Of a DNA stretch of 8,156 nt, positions 7,501-8,156 are shown one piece after another (the stretch's first letter is position 1; each line of letters starts with the position of its first letter). The stretch spans positions 1 to 8,156 of the forward strand of contig BQFW01000019.1 in assembly GCA_020891255.1 (NCBI GenBank), read 5' to 3'. The notes under the pieces are model-generated. The model saw only the letters and a program-made list of their open reading frames with translations. It made no database searches and had not been told where the DNA came from. Origin of the DNA: Entomortierella parvispora E1425 (lineage: Eukaryota; Fungi; Mortierellomycota). Both the position numbers and the translations under genes were made by a program.

Positions 7501-7982
7501 TTAATTTGTAATTGATTATAAATTACATCCCAAGGATAATCAACAGAGATAAAACAAGATGTTTCTAAAACATGAGTAAATTCTTCAGGAGAATTTTCTC
7601 TCATTTCAACTAATAAGCTAATTAATTTTTCTAAAGTTAAAATAGATAAAAATTTTTTATTAGGAAGAGTGTCAAGACTAAATTCTTGATTTTCAAATAA
7701 AAAGAAACAACCGTTAATATTAGCTGAGGAATTAAATAAGTATTCTAATTTATCTTGTTTAGGGATATCAGGAATACAAGAAATAGAAGTAAATAAATTT
7801 GTAAATTTATTTGTTCTAACACTAATATTAAAAAGGAAAATAATGAAATCTTTATCATAATCAATAAAAGGTAAAACAGGGGAAAAGGAATAATTAGAAT
7901 TAGAAAAGGATCTAATAATATAGGAAGAGTTAGTTAATTTAGAGGCATTAACAAGGCCAAGGTTTAAAAAGTTAAAAAACAT
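4533..7982 (-). CDS. rpo: Single-subunit (T3/T7-like) DNA-directed RNA polymerase, linear-plasmid type (1149 aa)
   Basis: Motifs: FDWRGRIY (D641), motif A LDATCNGLQH (D799), motif B RSIIKRSIMTIPYN (R-x3-K-x7-Y), PNLIHSMDA and motif C IHDCF (H1043). The stop is TAA at 4535-4533. Confidence 0.96.
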   Translation of the reverse strand: MFFNFLNLGLVNASKLTNSSYIIRSFSNSNYSFSPVLPFIDYDKDFIIFLFNISVRTNKFTNLFTSISCIPDIPKQDKLEYLFNSSANINGCFFLFENQEFSLDTLPNKKFLSILTLEKLISLLVEMRENSPEEFTHVLETSCFISVDYPWDVIYNQLQINRFYVSGGLSSKRHIISPSARKLNFVLDFLSIPFEFSNNAYHNNNKLLIKGNSGIQDKVNDLLLKASNESNKSPLKNISDIGKRNYSTYSNPTSSEGDSFSKQTIYFDYSPVFNVVKEKLNDLNKNKSNTEIQLEIEKFLYSTWTDIIHHKMDNIPIDGVATSESFKFLHKHVKEFEDYIHDLRKDISKKQNRNKKPDFKFSFKPLFELNKTQISAIVFNEVIPLLSDNNRITKSDLLMKIGDSIFHSWALEKYDEKYIISNKNKKNVIYKENRESFKDFKISLNISSIHKGNIGEYLLHELVNMGSLLEFDTLPIENTKREEIIIKVSDTTLRLFEKSFDIIGYKLPMICKPTSWSDENDGGYLLNNNYHFDDIIHQGVNNINPTVIKDKNMIYGQINYMSEIPFKINTEVLDFILEKGVEYKLILGSLHEKTNVIDELDSFEREQVKSHNSRYFQEKNILGIAQLFRDVEKIYFPLFFDWRGRIYSNTSYLHYQSLSLAKALILFANGDKLDMKVYNSVNNLDISFGEIPEQNLPEIKNVRNSLYWLNVYGANCFGKGAKNLDNNKFGHYPFKSDLSKLSFKDRVDWIKSHHQDIINFDKDFWLKADEPLLFLAFCLEYKKINTSDIVTTHIPIQLDATCNGLQHLSIMSANQNLAKLVNLLPSTEDEKPFDLYTVALDLINEKIADLVLKEPLYVNLKYFYIDRSIIKRSIMTIPYNVTINGIVEHLKEFLDKKYIDNTYLYLPKNKIHGTKFISGKDLFKLANIIHSTLYETHPELQEVVDYFKNMVNLMTILNLPVAWMTPSGLEINQNYARKKSTRIRSGSFKGASYYIVIPTDKIDKVSQESAFMPNLIHSMDASTISLLVKKLRFLGIYNLYTIHDCFATTVKNISLVNELVRESFCEIYANDDFLINLHKFFILYLKGNFKVFYNDVLIDESTIITKEMITNGKFIVNDKGNSIELPNFPKTGEFKVFKENIQKALYLIS

Positions 7983-8156
7983 TTGATTAATTTATAATAT
8001 CGAGCTAGCCAGTTATAAAACTCAGTTAGGCAAGGGCTGAGAGTGAAGTAGCCGGTTATAAAACTCAGATAGGCAAGGTCTGGGAGTAAATTAGAGGATA
8101 TTATTTCTCTATAACGGACAAGAAATTCTGCATTTGGGGCACTTTAACTAATATCA
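7885..8156 (-). repeat. Right terminal inverted repeat (7885-8145 mirrors 1-261, plus 11 extra distal nt)
   Basis: 7885-8145 is the reverse complement of 1-261. 8146-8156 (AACTAATATCA) has no partner on the left. The repeat contains the RNAP start at 7982. Confidence 0.96.

Larger units (their letters stand above)
1..8156. mobile_element. Linear mitochondrial plasmid (invertron-type, protein-primed replication), near complete
   Basis: Perfect TIRs at both ends, plus convergent genes for a protein-primed PolB and a single-subunit RNAP that both start in the TIRs. This is the known layout of fungal and plant mitochondrial linear plasmids such as kalilo, maranhar and pClK1. Confidence 0.93.

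Noticed and set aside
1-8156. Bacteriophage, adenovirus, Polinton or cytoplasmic killer-plasmid origin
   Set aside because: There are no capsid, packaging ATPase, integrase, capping enzyme or toxin genes. PolB plus a T7-like RNAP alone between TIRs fits a mitochondrial plasmid; yeast cytoplasmic plasmids use a multisubunit-type RNAP.

Overview
The window is an almost complete, very AT-rich linear mitochondrial plasmid of the invertron type. It has perfect 261-bp terminal inverted repeats (1-261 and 7885-8145) and two convergent genes that both start inside the TIRs. One encodes a protein-primed family B DNA polymerase (164-4348, +) and the other a T7-like single-subunit RNA polymerase (7982-4533, -). 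The DNA polymerase ORF is unusual. Only 87 aa precede ExoI, leaving no room for the usual N-terminal terminal-protein region. After the PolB core ends (about aa 739), the frame continues for about 655 aa through an orphan domain, five 10-aa tandem repeats, an RKYST motif and an apparently intact GIY-YIG endonuclease domain. The 184-bp gap between the stop codons contains a C-run, a 72-nt tRNA-like cloverleaf with a degenerate anticodon arm, and a G-quadruplex-type G-tract followed by T6. All 16 Trp codons are TGG, so the host may not use the TGA=Trp mould code. All family calls come from motif recognition by eye; no database search was run and the host is not determinable from this window.
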